Below are positions 30,788-41,000 of a DNA stretch of 64,000 bases, piece by piece; position 1 is the stretch's first letter; the number at the start of each line of letters is the position of its first letter. A program made the translations under genes and the position numbers. This DNA is from Eubacteriales bacterium (GTDB lineage Bacteria > Bacillota > Clostridia > Oscillospirales > CAG-382), in NCBI GenBank assembly GCA_045536535.1, contig JAZSNS010000027.1:45573-109572 (forward strand). The letters run 5' to 3'. Below the pieces are notes generated by a model, which did no database searches, was not told the origin of the DNA, and saw nothing but the letters and a program-made list of their open reading frames with translations.

Positions 30788-31392
30788 TCGACCTTACTCA
30801 AAAAGAAAGAGAAGTTTACGAATATATATCCGTTTGCCTTGAAAGAGACGGTTATGCACCCTCGGTGAGAGATATTTGTGCCGCTGTCGGTATTAAATCC
30901 ACCTCATCGGTGCATGAATATTTAAGACGTCTTTCTGAAAAGGGATATATTAAAAAGTCTTCGGGCAAAAGTCGTGCTTTGAAGATCGAAGGTAATTCGC
31001 AAAGCGAAAGTGCGAAGATGAAACGAGTCCCGATTCTCGGCAGAGTAACCGCCGGACAACCTATTCTGGCCGTTGAAAACTATGACGGATATGTTGATTT
31101 TCCCGCTACGATGGCTCGCGGCAAAGCGAATCTTTTTGCATTGCGCGTTATGGGAGAAAGCATGATCGAAGCAGGTATACTTGATGGGGACATCGTCGTT
31201 GTTGAAAGCAAACGCTATGCCGATGACGGAGAAATTGTTGTTGCGATGATCGAAGACGAAGCGACAGTCAAAAAATTCTATCGTGACAACGGCAGAATCA
31301 GGCTTCAGCCGGCAAACCACACGATGCAACCGATTTACGCAAGGGAAGTCACTGTTCTCGGAAAAGTAATTGCAAATTTCAGATTTTATTGA
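30784..31392 (+). CDS. lexA: SOS repressor LexA
   Basis: PSVRDIC, VTAGQP cleavage site, GESM, ATVKKF. Confidence 0.95.
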   Translation: MIDLTQKEREVYEYISVCLERDGYAPSVRDICAAVGIKSTSSVHEYLRRLSEKGYIKKSSGKSRALKIEGNSQSESAKMKRVPILGRVTAGQPILAVENYDGYVDFPATMARGKANLFALRVMGESMIEAGILDGDIVVVESKRYADDGEIVVAMIEDEATVKKFYRDNGRIRLQPANHTMQPIYAREVTVLGKVIANFRFY

Positions 31393-31465
31393 TAGGTCTC
31401 TCCGCTATGATAAAATATGCCCAAATATTCAGTTGAATTATGTCAATATTTTTTTGAATTTGCTA

Positions 31466-31495
31466 TTGACATATAGGTTTCATTTGTGGTATTCT
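31466..31495 (+). promoter_or_regulatory. tRNA promoter
   Basis: TTGACA-N18-TATTCT with TG extension. Confidence 0.55.
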
Positions 31496-31515
31496 ATTCG
31501 AGCGGTTGCAGACAT

Positions 31516-31591
31516 GATCCATTAGCTCAGCCGGTAGAGCACATGACTTTTAATCATGGTGTCCGGAGTTCGATTCTCCGATGGATCACCA
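31516..31591 (+). tRNA. tRNA-Lys(UUU)
   Basis: GATCCAT/ATGGATC acceptor, CATGA-CTTTTAA-TCATG anticodon arm, TTCGATT T-loop, encoded CCA. Confidence 0.96.
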
Positions 31592-31626
31592 AAAAGCCGA
31601 ACACTGTAACGGTGTTCGGCTATTTT
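31592..31626 (+). terminator. Terminator after tRNA-Lys
   Basis: AGCCGAACAC / GTGTTCGGCT stem followed by ATTTT. Confidence 0.75.
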
Positions 31627-31657
31627 CTTAATTATAATCTTTTTTAGGAGTTATATC

Positions 31658-32143
31658 ATGAGCAATACCGTAAATGTCGAAATTAAAATGGAAAACGGCG
31701 GAGTTATTAAACTTGAACTCTATAAAGAGATCGCGCCGATAACCGTTGACAATTTTGAAAAGCTTGTTAATGATAAGTTTTATGATGGTTTGATATTTCA
31801 CCGCGTTATTGCCGGATTCATGATTCAGGGCGGCGACCCGACGGGCACAGGCATGGGCGGTCCCGGTCATCAGATCAAAGGCGAGTTCGCTTTGAACGGC
31901 GTTAAAAATGAACTCTCTCACAAAAGAGGCGTTATTTCGATGGCACGTTCGATGAATTACAACTCCGCAGGAAGTCAGTTCTTTATCTGCCATGCTGACA
32001 GCACCTTCCTTGACGGCCAATATGCCGCGTTCGGCAAGGTAACGGACGGCATTGAAACTGTTGATGAAATTGCTTCTGTATCAACGAATTTTAATGACAA
32101 ACCTCTTGTTGAACAAAAGATTGAATATATAAGAATTATTTAA
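31658..32143 (+). CDS. ppiB: Cyclophilin-type peptidyl-prolyl isomerase
   Basis: FHRVIAGFMIQGGDP, SMAR, GSQFFI. Confidence 0.92.
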   Translation: MSNTVNVEIKMENGGVIKLELYKEIAPITVDNFEKLVNDKFYDGLIFHRVIAGFMIQGGDPTGTGMGGPGHQIKGEFALNGVKNELSHKRGVISMARSMNYNSAGSQFFICHADSTFLDGQYAAFGKVTDGIETVDEIASVSTNFNDKPLVEQKIEYIRII

Positions 32144-32167
32144 TATCTTTGATTTGGGAATTTTAAT

Positions 32168-33814
32168 ATGTTAGAGAATTTCTTGCCGAGAATCAATTTT
32201 GATTCATACGAAGATTTCAAAACAAATTACAAAGTTAATATCCCCGAAGGTTTCAATTTTGCTTATGACGTTGTTGATTCATGGGCTGCGCAGGATAAAA
32301 ATAAACCTGCATTGCTTTATTGTAACGATGATGGCATTCGTCACATGTACACCTTTGAGGATCTGAGAAAACTGTCAAATAAAGCGGCCAACTTTTTTGC
32401 TCAAAAAGGTGTGAAAAAAGGCGACCGCGTTATGCTTATGCTCAAACAAAGGCCGGAAGCATGGATATGCATTCTTGCTTTGTGTAAACTCGGTGCGGTT
32501 TGTATACCGGCCACTTTTCAACTTACCAAAAAGGATATAGTTTACCGTTGCAACGCCGCAAGGGTCAAGATGATCGTTGCAGTTGACGATGATAATATCC
32601 TCAAAGCGATCGAAGAATCTTTTGGTGAGTGTGAATCGCTCGTTGGTGTTGCTGTTGTCGGCGAGAAGATTCCCAATGGATATATCGATTTTCGTAACAG
32701 TTATATCGGATGTGCTGATGAATTCACACGTGTTCCCAACGATGTGAAGGATCCTATGCTTCTTTATTTTTCTTCCGGCACGACAGGCATGCCCAAAATG
32801 ATTCTGCATAATTATGCATATCCAATCGGGCATATTCTCACGGCTAAATATTGGCAGCACGTTGAAGAAGGGAAACTTCATTTGACGATGTCGGATTCCG
32901 GCTGGGCGAAATTTGCATGGGGCAAAATTTACGGTCAATGGATCTGCGGCGCTGTCATTGTTGCTTATGACAACGAGAAGTTCAACGCAAAAAACACGCT
33001 TGAACTCATCCAGGAAATCAAGTTGACGACATTTTGCGCGCCTCCGACGATCTTCCGTTTTTTGATTAAAGAGGATATCGCACATTATGATTTTTCTTCG
33101 ATCAAACATTGTTGCATCGCGGGTGAACCTCTTAATCCCGAAGTTTTCAATAAATTCAAAGAACTTACCGGACTTACTTTGACCGAAGGATTCGGTCAAA
33201 CCGAAACTCCCGTCATTCTTGCGAATTACGACGGAATAGAGATAAAACCCGGTTCCACCGGAAAACCTTCGCCCGATTTTGATCTCGATATCGTTGATGA
33301 AAACGGCAACAGTTGCGAAGACGGTATTGTCGGAAACATTGTTGTCCGCAACCTTTCAAAGCATTATCCCGCAGGACTTTTCCAGGGATATCAGGAAGAT
33401 GATGCCGCGAACGCAAAAGCGTTCATGAACGATTGCTATTACACCGGCGATACAGCATGGCGTGATGCAGACGGATATTATTGGTTCGTTGGCAGAAATG
33501 ACGATGTTATTAAATGTTCCGGATACAGAATCGGTCCGTTTGAGGTCGAAAGTGCTCTTATGACGCACCCTTCTGTCCTTGAATGTGCGGTTACTGCGGC
33601 ACCTGATCCTGTTAGAGGTCAGGTTGTAAAGGCGACTATCGTTCTCGCAAAAGGTTATACAGCGAGTGAAGAGTTAAAAAAAGAAATCCAAAACCATGTC
33701 AAAAAAGTCACAGCGCCTTATAAATACCCTCGGATCGTTGAGTTTGTTACCGAACTTCCCAAAACAATCAGCGGAAAGATTAAACGCTCAACGATTAGGC
33801 AAGGCGAGAACTGA
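32168..33814 (+). CDS. AMP-forming acyl/acetyl-CoA synthetase
   Basis: YFSSGTTGMPK, EGFGQTE, YTGD, GRNDDVIK, PKTISGKI. Confidence 0.9.
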   Translation: MLENFLPRINFDSYEDFKTNYKVNIPEGFNFAYDVVDSWAAQDKNKPALLYCNDDGIRHMYTFEDLRKLSNKAANFFAQKGVKKGDRVMLMLKQRPEAWICILALCKLGAVCIPATFQLTKKDIVYRCNAARVKMIVAVDDDNILKAIEESFGECESLVGVAVVGEKIPNGYIDFRNSYIGCADEFTRVPNDVKDPMLLYFSSGTTGMPKMILHNYAYPIGHILTAKYWQHVEEGKLHLTMSDSGWAKFAWGKIYGQWICGAVIVAYDNEKFNAKNTLELIQEIKLTTFCAPPTIFRFLIKEDIAHYDFSSIKHCCIAGEPLNPEVFNKFKELTGLTLTEGFGQTETPVILANYDGIEIKPGSTGKPSPDFDLDIVDENGNSCEDGIVGNIVVRNLSKHYPAGLFQGYQEDDAANAKAFMNDCYYTGDTAWRDADGYYWFVGRNDDVIKCSGYRIGPFEVESALMTHPSVLECAVTAAPDPVRGQVVKATIVLAKGYTASEELKKEIQNHVKKVTAPYKYPRIVEFVTELPKTISGKIKRSTIRQGEN

Positions 33815-34221
33815 TGGATAGGTTATATTCAAAATCAGCATTGATTATTAAAGCGGCGTTCTGTGTTATCCTTGCGCCGCTTTATATGTTGTTGTCGAAT
33901 CTTCTTTATATCGAAGACGGATTTCTTTTTATACTTGTGACGGTTATTCCCATCGGGTGTTTGTTCACTCTGCCGTTTTGGCTGACGGCATTTCACTTGC
34001 TGAAATATCGTGTTAAGAAAATCGGTAGGTTCATTCTTCTTGATGCGGCGGTTTGTTTGGCACCTGCTCTGATCAGCACTGTTTTTTGTGAACTTGTGTA
34101 TGTTTTGATCAACGGAAAAACGGCTGCCGATGGTATTTTGACGATCATTTTCGCGTCAATATTCTTTATAATATCTTTGATATTCTGGCTTTTGTATTTT
34201 ATTTCTTCAAGAATAAAATAA
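33814..34221 (+). CDS. Hypothetical 4-TM membrane protein
   Basis: 135-aa hydrophobic ORF translationally coupled to the upstream gene. Confidence 0.7.
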   Translation: MDRLYSKSALIIKAAFCVILAPLYMLLSNLLYIEDGFLFILVTVIPIGCLFTLPFWLTAFHLLKYRVKKIGRFILLDAAVCLAPALISTVFCELVYVLINGKTAADGILTIIFASIFFIISLIFWLLYFISSRIK

Positions 34222-34223
34222 AA

Positions 34224-34300
34224 CCGCTCTTAGCTGAGCTGGATAGAGCTACGGATTCCGATTCCGTAGGTCGGGGGCTCAAATCCCTTAGGGCGGGCCA
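34224..34300 (+). tRNA. tRNA-Arg(CCG), non-canonical or possibly degenerate
   Basis: CCGCTCT/AGGGCGG acceptor, ACGGA-TTCCGAT-TCCGT anticodon arm, CCA end; T-loop reads CTCAAAT. Confidence 0.85.
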
Positions 34301-34309
34301 CGAAAGAAT

Positions 34310-34347
34310 CCTCTTTTGTCTACCAAGACAAAAGAGGTTTTTCTTTT
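34310..34347 (+). terminator. Terminator after tRNA-Arg
   Basis: CCTCTTTTGTCT / AGACAAAAGAGG followed by TTTTT. Confidence 0.8.
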
Positions 34348-34405
34348 ATTTCAAACACCTTCGGTAGTTAGAAACGTCCAACGGGGCATTTTTTTTGAAT
34401 ATGTA

Positions 34406-34446
34406 TTGACAAGACTGTTACAACTGTATATAATTAGCATATACAG
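34406..34446 (+). promoter_or_regulatory. Consensus sigma-A promoter overlapped by a YtrA-type operator
   Basis: TTGACA-N17-TATAAT; inverted repeat CTGTATAT-N7-ATATACAG (34424-34446). Confidence 0.8.
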
Positions 34447-34466
34447 CATAAACAAAGGGTGATGAC

Positions 34467-34844
34467 GTGAACATACTAATTGATAATAAAAGCGGGACAC
34501 CGATTTACGACCAGATATATTCGCAAATCAAGAGCCAGATTATTAGCGGCACTTTAAAAGAGGATGAGGTGCTGCCGTCTATTCGTGGGCTTGCTAAAGA
34601 TCTCCGCATCAGTTTTATTACCACCAAGCGTGCTTATGAAGAACTTGAAAAAGACGGCTTTATTTATACGCTTCCCGGCAAGGGGTGCTATGTTGCACCA
34701 AAGAATGTCGAACTACTTCGGGAAGAAAATTTAAAGAAGATTGAAGGACATATAGACGAGATCGTTAGACTCGCTGCTTCCTGTAATTTGAGCAAAAAAG
34801 ATATTATTGAAATGGTTAATTTCAGTCTGGAGGAACAAGGATGA
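34467..34844 (+). CDS. GntR (YtrA subfamily) regulator
   Basis: PIYDQI, LPSIRGLAKDL, KRAYEELE; short C-terminus. Confidence 0.9.
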   Translation: MNILIDNKSGTPIYDQIYSQIKSQIISGTLKEDEVLPSIRGLAKDLRISFITTKRAYEELEKDGFIYTLPGKGCYVAPKNVELLREENLKKIEGHIDEIVRLAASCNLSKKDIIEMVNFSLEEQG

Positions 34845-35683
34845 ATGCACTTGAAATTAGAAATCTAACAAAATCATATCCCGGCTTTACGCTGGATAAT
34901 TTGAATTTGACGTTGCCAAGCGGATGTATCATGGGGCTGATCGGAGAGAACGGTGCCGGAAAGAGTACCACGATCAAACTCATTCTTGATATGATCCATA
35001 AGGACAGCGGAAGCATTATCATCCTCGGAAAAGATAATACCTACAATATTCAGCTCACGAAGGAAGATGTTGGTGTTGTAATGGATGAGGTGGGGATTCC
35101 CGAATGCCTCACAGTAAAACAAGTCGGTAAGGTAATGAAAAACACCTTTCGCAACTGGGATGATGCGGAATATGCTCGTTTAGTACAGAAGCTTGCGTTG
35201 CCGGACAGAAAGCAGTTTAAAGAGTTTTCCCGTGGTATGAAGATGAAGCTGGGTATCGCCATAGCTTTATCTCATAATGCAAAATTGCTCATTCTGGACG
35301 AGGCAACATCGGGACTTGATCCTGTGGTGCGTGATGAAGTGGTTGAAATGTTTTGCGACTTTACAAGAGATGAAAACCACTCCATCCTTATTTCCTCTCA
35401 TATTGTCAGCGATCTTGAAAAGCTGTGTGACTACGTGGCCTTTCTACACAAGGGAAAACTGCTTCTCTGCGAGGAGAAGGATCAATTACTTGCCGAGTAC
35501 GGTTTGATACACTGCACTACTGAAGAATTGCACGATCTTCCGGCAGAGGCAATTAAGTATACGAAGGAAAATCCATATGGCATTGAAGTAATGGTGCGGA
35601 GATGCGCCGTGCATGCAGGTGTTAATATCAGTCCTATTAGCATTGAGGAACTGTTTGTGTTTATGGTAAAGGAGGCGAAATGA
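34841..35683 (+). CDS. ABC transporter ATP-binding protein
   Basis: GENGAGKST, FSRGMKMK, LDEATSGLD. Confidence 0.92.
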   Translation: MNALEIRNLTKSYPGFTLDNLNLTLPSGCIMGLIGENGAGKSTTIKLILDMIHKDSGSIIILGKDNTYNIQLTKEDVGVVMDEVGIPECLTVKQVGKVMKNTFRNWDDAEYARLVQKLALPDRKQFKEFSRGMKMKLGIAIALSHNAKLLILDEATSGLDPVVRDEVVEMFCDFTRDENHSILISSHIVSDLEKLCDYVAFLHKGKLLLCEEKDQLLAEYGLIHCTTEELHDLPAEAIKYTKENPYGIEVMVRRCAVHAGVNISPISIEELFVFMVKEAK

Positions 35684-35684
35684 A

Positions 35685-36314
35685 ATGAAAGGATTGCTAC
35701 TCAAAGACTGGTATATGATGAAGAAGTATTGCAAATCGTATATCATTATCGCCGCTGCCTTTACTGTTCTTTCTCTTGCCAGCAAAGGCAATATGTTCTT
35801 CGTTTTCTATCCTTGCCTGTTGTGCGGTGTGATTCCGGTCAACCTGCTTGGATATGACGAAAGAAGCCGGTGGATGCAGTATAGTGGTACAATGCCCTAT
35901 ACAAAAGCGCAGCTTGTTTCTGCAAAATATCTGATAGGTTTACTTTCTCAAACTGCTATGCTTCTTGTGATGGGAATTGCACAGGGCATCAAGACAACTG
36001 TTAGCGGAGATTTTGTATGGAATGATTTTATCGTGCTTATGCTGATGATGCTGATTATGGCTACACTGACGTCGTCAATCTCGCTACCGTTCATATTCAA
36101 GTTAGGCGTTGAAAAAGGACGAACCGCTTATTATGTGATGATCGGTATGGTTTGCGGAGCAAGTGTTTTGGCATCGAGCTTCTTTAGAGGTCAATTTGTT
36201 GCTGAGGTTCAGCCTAATGCAATCCTCGCTGTCCTTGCTGTTATCGGTATCGGTGTATATGTTCTCTCGTGGTATCTATCGGTAGTATTCTTCAAAAAAA
36301 GAGAGATACAATAA
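35685..36314 (+). CDS. ABC-2 transporter permease
   Basis: MKGLLLKD, YDE..W, MP...V.AKY; about 6 TM helices. Confidence 0.88.
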   Translation: MKGLLLKDWYMMKKYCKSYIIIAAAFTVLSLASKGNMFFVFYPCLLCGVIPVNLLGYDERSRWMQYSGTMPYTKAQLVSAKYLIGLLSQTAMLLVMGIAQGIKTTVSGDFVWNDFIVLMLMMLIMATLTSSISLPFIFKLGVEKGRTAYYVMIGMVCGASVLASSFFRGQFVAEVQPNAILAVLAVIGIGVYVLSWYLSVVFFKKREIQ

Positions 36315-36406
36315 GGTTAAAGCGCCACATTGCTGCGATCCCTCAACCTGTTTTACGTACCGTTTCACTTTCCTTTGCACCGTTATACTGCTCTTTCGCA
36401 AAAAAC

Positions 36407-36432
36407 AAAAGGACTTCTTCGGAAGTCCTTTT
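36407..36432. terminator. Bidirectional terminator
   Basis: AAAAGGACTTC-TTCG-GAAGTCCTTTT. Confidence 0.75.
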
Positions 36433-36504
36433 ACTTTATATTCACAGGGTGCAAAACGGTTTTAACTATTAGTTCATGCTCAATCGGGAAGAAAAAACTT
36501 TGTC

Positions 36505-37857
36505 TTATTCTTCTTCGGATTTGAATCTGTCGGGTAAAAATTCATCGGGGATATATTTATTCAGCGTCATGCGCAAAGTATCCAACGAGAATTTGCCGCC
36601 GACAAGAGTTGAAGCATGTGATTTTTCGTAGTTAGACACACCGTGTTCGGCGGCCAGTTCAGAAGTATAATCTTTGAGATAATAAATTTTGAAGTTTCTG
36701 TATCCGGTGTCGTTTGAAGCGACTTTTGATTCTTCTGTGTAATGAGTAACGGTAGGAATAAACATCGGCGCTTCGATCGAAACATCGCCGGTTTTAGCGT
36801 CTTTGCGGATGTTGAGTTCAAGCATGCCCGCAAGCATATTTTTGGCGTTATACATGCCCGAAACAAAGTTGCCGAGAGAATAAACAACCAGTGTTTTTGT
36901 TCCGTTTGAAGATGTCATCCATTCCATGGGTTGGATAACGTGAGGATGCATGCCGAGAACAACGTCAACGCCGAGTTCGCAGAACAATTCGGCATATTCA
37001 AGTTGCTCGCTGTTGGGACTGTAACTGTCTTCCCAACCCCAATGACAGGAAGCAATAACGATATCGGCCGCTTCTTTTGCCAGCTTTACCTGCTTTTCAA
37101 CAAGCGGTCTGTTGAACGTAGGAATGACGAAAGTGCTGTTTTTGGGAAGAGGGATGCCGTTTGTGCTATATGTGTAGGCCAGAAAAGCGACTTTGATTCC
37201 TTCGCGTTCGATAACGGTGATATTGTTGGTTGATTCTTCATCGGGATAGTAACCGATAACTTCAACGCCGTTATTTTCGAAAACGTTGTTGCAGTTTTCA
37301 AGATATCTGGTGTCACCGGAATCGAGCATATGGTTGTGGGCAACATTAGCGACGTCGAATCCAAGGTCAACAACTGTGTCGGCGATAGCCTGCGGAGAGT
37401 TGAAGCAGGAATATCCGTGTATTGCGCCGCTTGTGCCGCCAACAAGTGTTTCTTGATTGATATATGCTATATCCGCATTGCTGATTTTATCGGCAACGTG
37501 CTCATAGATCTGTGAAAAGTCATATTCTGCGTTGTGCAGATCGGTGTATGAAGGAGTTGTACCGTTTTTTGCCGCGGCTCTGTTGATCGCATCATAAAAA
37601 ACAGACGGATGAATGATGTTGTCGGGGCAAGCGAGGAAAGTGATTACGTTATCTTGTTCGGCTTCGCTAATGTCCGGTTTGGAAGAATCAACTTTTGAAT
37701 CGGAATTGTTGTTTGAAACGTTGATTGATGTTTCGCTTGATTCATTTGATCCGTCTGAAAATTCTTCATTAAAAACACCGCATGCGGTTATTGTAGGAAC
37801 AACCAATAAAACCACAAGGAGCAAGGCGATGAATTTTAAAAATGTGTGTTTTTTCAT
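36505..37857 (-). CDS. CapA-family (PGA_cap) metallophosphoesterase-fold lipoprotein
   Basis: Lipobox ITAC, NQE, AHNHMLD, HWGWE, GMHPHV, YSLGNF. Confidence 0.88.
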   Translation of the reverse strand: MKKHTFLKFIALLLVVLLVVPTITACGVFNEEFSDGSNESSETSINVSNNNSDSKVDSSKPDISEAEQDNVITFLACPDNIIHPSVFYDAINRAAAKNGTTPSYTDLHNAEYDFSQIYEHVADKISNADIAYINQETLVGGTSGAIHGYSCFNSPQAIADTVVDLGFDVANVAHNHMLDSGDTRYLENCNNVFENNGVEVIGYYPDEESTNNITVIEREGIKVAFLAYTYSTNGIPLPKNSTFVIPTFNRPLVEKQVKLAKEAADIVIASCHWGWEDSYSPNSEQLEYAELFCELGVDVVLGMHPHVIQPMEWMTSSNGTKTLVVYSLGNFVSGMYNAKNMLAGMLELNIRKDAKTGDVSIEAPMFIPTVTHYTEESKVASNDTGYRNFKIYYLKDYTSELAAEHGVSNYEKSHASTLVGGKFSLDTLRMTLNKYIPDEFLPDRFKSEEE

Positions 37858-37954
37858 GTTATCTCCTGTAAAATATATTATTAAAAACAATTATAACTCT
37901 TTTTATTTAAAAATCAACATTATTCTTATAATAATATGTTAGGTTCTTTAATAC

Positions 37955-37983
37955 TTGACAATTTTGTTGCGAAATTATATAAT
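37955..37983 (+). promoter_or_regulatory. Consensus sigma-A promoter
   Basis: TTGACA-N17-TATAAT. Confidence 0.75.
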
Positions 37984-38010
37984 AAAATAAATAAATTAAG
38001 GAGATTTGTT

Positions 38011-41000
38011 ATGAAAAAAGCGATTGGATTTATTCTCTCGGCTATAATAGTAATTTCATGTTTTCCTTTCGTCGTTTTTGCTGCTGAACCGGAGGTGATT
38101 TCCGGAAGCAGCGCAAGCCTTTTTTGCGACGGCGCAGATAGTGTTTCTATCGGAGGAATTAACGCTTCGGTCGGTTCGGACGTTGATTTTGAAGTCAATT
38201 TTTTTGCTTCTGACGCGTCCTCTGCATACAGCTTCATTTATCTGAATAACAAACAGATTGCGCCTTTGGTAAATGGCGAAAACGTTATTAAGTTAAATAC
38301 CAAAGATCTTGCCGAAGGCGACAATGAACTTAAAATCGTTCTCGGCGTCTCCAATAAAACCTACAATTTCACAGATGTTTACGGAACTTATAACATCGAT
38401 GACGTAACTTTTGAATCAGTTCGATTTAACGGTCTTGGTTTTGATAAACCCGCTAAGATGAAACTTTATATGCCCAAGGTTGGCGCTGCCGGTGTTACTG
38501 TTCAGCTTGCTGATTATTCTGACGGCATTTTGGTTGGCGATGGCTGGTTCCAGGATACAGGTCTCGGCGGAAGCACTCCTGAAACACCCGTTATGATCGG
38601 ATATGTTTTCCGAAAACCCGAGTTGTCCGATGCGTTCATCGTTGATACAACAAAGATGAACGACGGTAAACAGGTTGCAGTTTTTTCAAAGGACGGCAAA
38701 ACCGTCAGCGAAAAGGAATACATCGTTGACAACACCGCACCCAAAATCGAATTTTCTGTGGCTAACGGCGGTTACGTTTCGCGATTGGACAAGATCACTT
38801 ATAAAACCAATGATATAACCTCTGTTGATTCTGCTTTGTACCTTGACGGTAAAGAGGTTTCTGACATCTATGCAAAGAATCTTTCTTTGGGAAATCATGT
38901 TGCGTATGTAATTGCAACCGACGCTGTCGGAAACACTTCTCGTACAACAGTTAATTTTAACGTCACGAATAAACTTTATAACATTTCCGTTAAAGACGAT
39001 GAACTCACTATGTCTGTTTTGGGTGATGCTTCGCTTTATTCCGCGGAACTTTTAAAAGACATTCGTATGTATGAAAACCGCTACGGCGAATTTGATCAGG
39101 ACTATCTTCGTTCTTCTGATGAAGTTTTGGTTTCGTTCAATAACAAAGCGGAACTGGTAACAAAAGCTATCGGAGACAGTGTTCCTTATCAGTCCTTTGT
39201 TATAAATACGTCGAAGGCAAAAGGCGAAGATGTTCTTGTTTCTTACACCGGCACGACAGGCAACGGTTCAGGCATTGTTTTGAAAGCTTGGAACTATAAA
39301 GATTCCTGTTGGGATATCATCGGAAAAACCGAAAGCGGAGTTCCTGTTACGGTTTCGGCGAACATTGAAAAGTATACATATAAAAATCGTATGAGAGTTA
39401 ACGTTGCGCCCGATTTGGTATATAACGGAAGCAATACGATCATTTGGAACTCTGATACTCAATATTACTCTCGTTTCGATGATCTTAATGAATTTTATTA
39501 TAAGATCTGCGAATATACCGTTGAGGAATATAAAGCAGGCAATATAGGGTATTATGTTCATACAGGTGACTTGATCGACCAGGCACACATGGGCGATGAA
39601 ATTGCTCATTATGAATATCAAGTCGCTGATAAGGCACAGGATATTCTTGACGACGCGAATGTTCCTAACGGTGTTGTCAGCGGCAACCATGATATTTGTC
39701 ACGAATCCGCTGATTATAGCTATTATTGGCAATATTTCGGCGAAGACAGATATAAGGATTTTGATTGGTACGGTGGAAGCCTTAACAATAACATGCACCA
39801 TTACGACCTTGTTTCGATCGGTGCTCACGACTTTGTATTCCTTTATATCGGTAACTACAAAGAAGTTGAAGATGATACTGTTAACTGGGCGAAATCCGTT
39901 TGCGATGCTTATCCGAACAGAAACGTAATCGTTTGTACTCATGAATATCTTCTTCCTTCAGGAGAGTTTTCCTCTGACCGTTCAAAGGAAATGTGGGAAA
40001 AGATAATTGTTCCCAACGAAAATATTATCATGGTGCTTTGCGGTCACAACGAAGGTGTTTGTGATCAAATGCGTCGCGTTGGTGATAGCGACAGATACGT
40101 TCTTGAAATCCTTGCCGACTATCAATTTTCCGAACTTGGTGTCGGTCCTCAGCACGTGTTGAATGATTGCACTTGCGATGGCGAAGGTTTTGTACGTTTG
40201 ATGTCCTTTAATGAAGCCGGTCAGGTTATCACCAATACATATTCTCCCGTTGCAGAAGATTATGGGGTTTATCCCTACAATTTCTTCCCGTCATATGCCG
40301 ACAGTTTCGTATATGACCTTAAAATGGTTCCCTCGGGACGTTCGATTTGCACGAGCGAATTTAACGTTGTTTATGAATCTGAACACATCGGCAAGGTTGG
40401 CGACAAAGGCATTTCGCTTGAAAAATACGAAGCGTTTTATGCTGAGATCGAACGCGGCGGAGAAACTTATTTGTCGGAAGTTTACGTTTTGGATGAATAT
40501 AAAGTGAATTATATTCCTGCATTGCGTAATAAATATACCGAACCCGAATATGAAAAGACATTGACCACGGGTTATGCAAACGTCAACGAAAACTTCCGTA
40601 TGAACGAGAAGAACAAACGTCCCACTGATTCGTTCATTGATGTTGGGCTTGAACTTTTGCCGACGGATGCCGGCAAGTTGATCTATGCGTCCGGTAATAC
40701 GGATTACACAACCGCTGTGAATGAGAACGGCGGTATCACACTTTCGCATTCCGAAACGGGCGATTCGAATTGGGTTACTTTGACTTATGAACCGAACGGA
40801 AAATCGGGAGTTAATATCGACACGAGTGAGTATGACCGAATCTATTTCGGCGTTACCGCGGATAAAAACACAAAGTGGAATGCATCTCTTGTATTTATAG
40901 GGCCCGAAGTCAATTTCGCGCGCACAAAAGAAGTTGCATCAATGTTCGGTTATGTTAATGCGTTACCGAGTGATATAACAGGCACTTGGAACGGATATAT

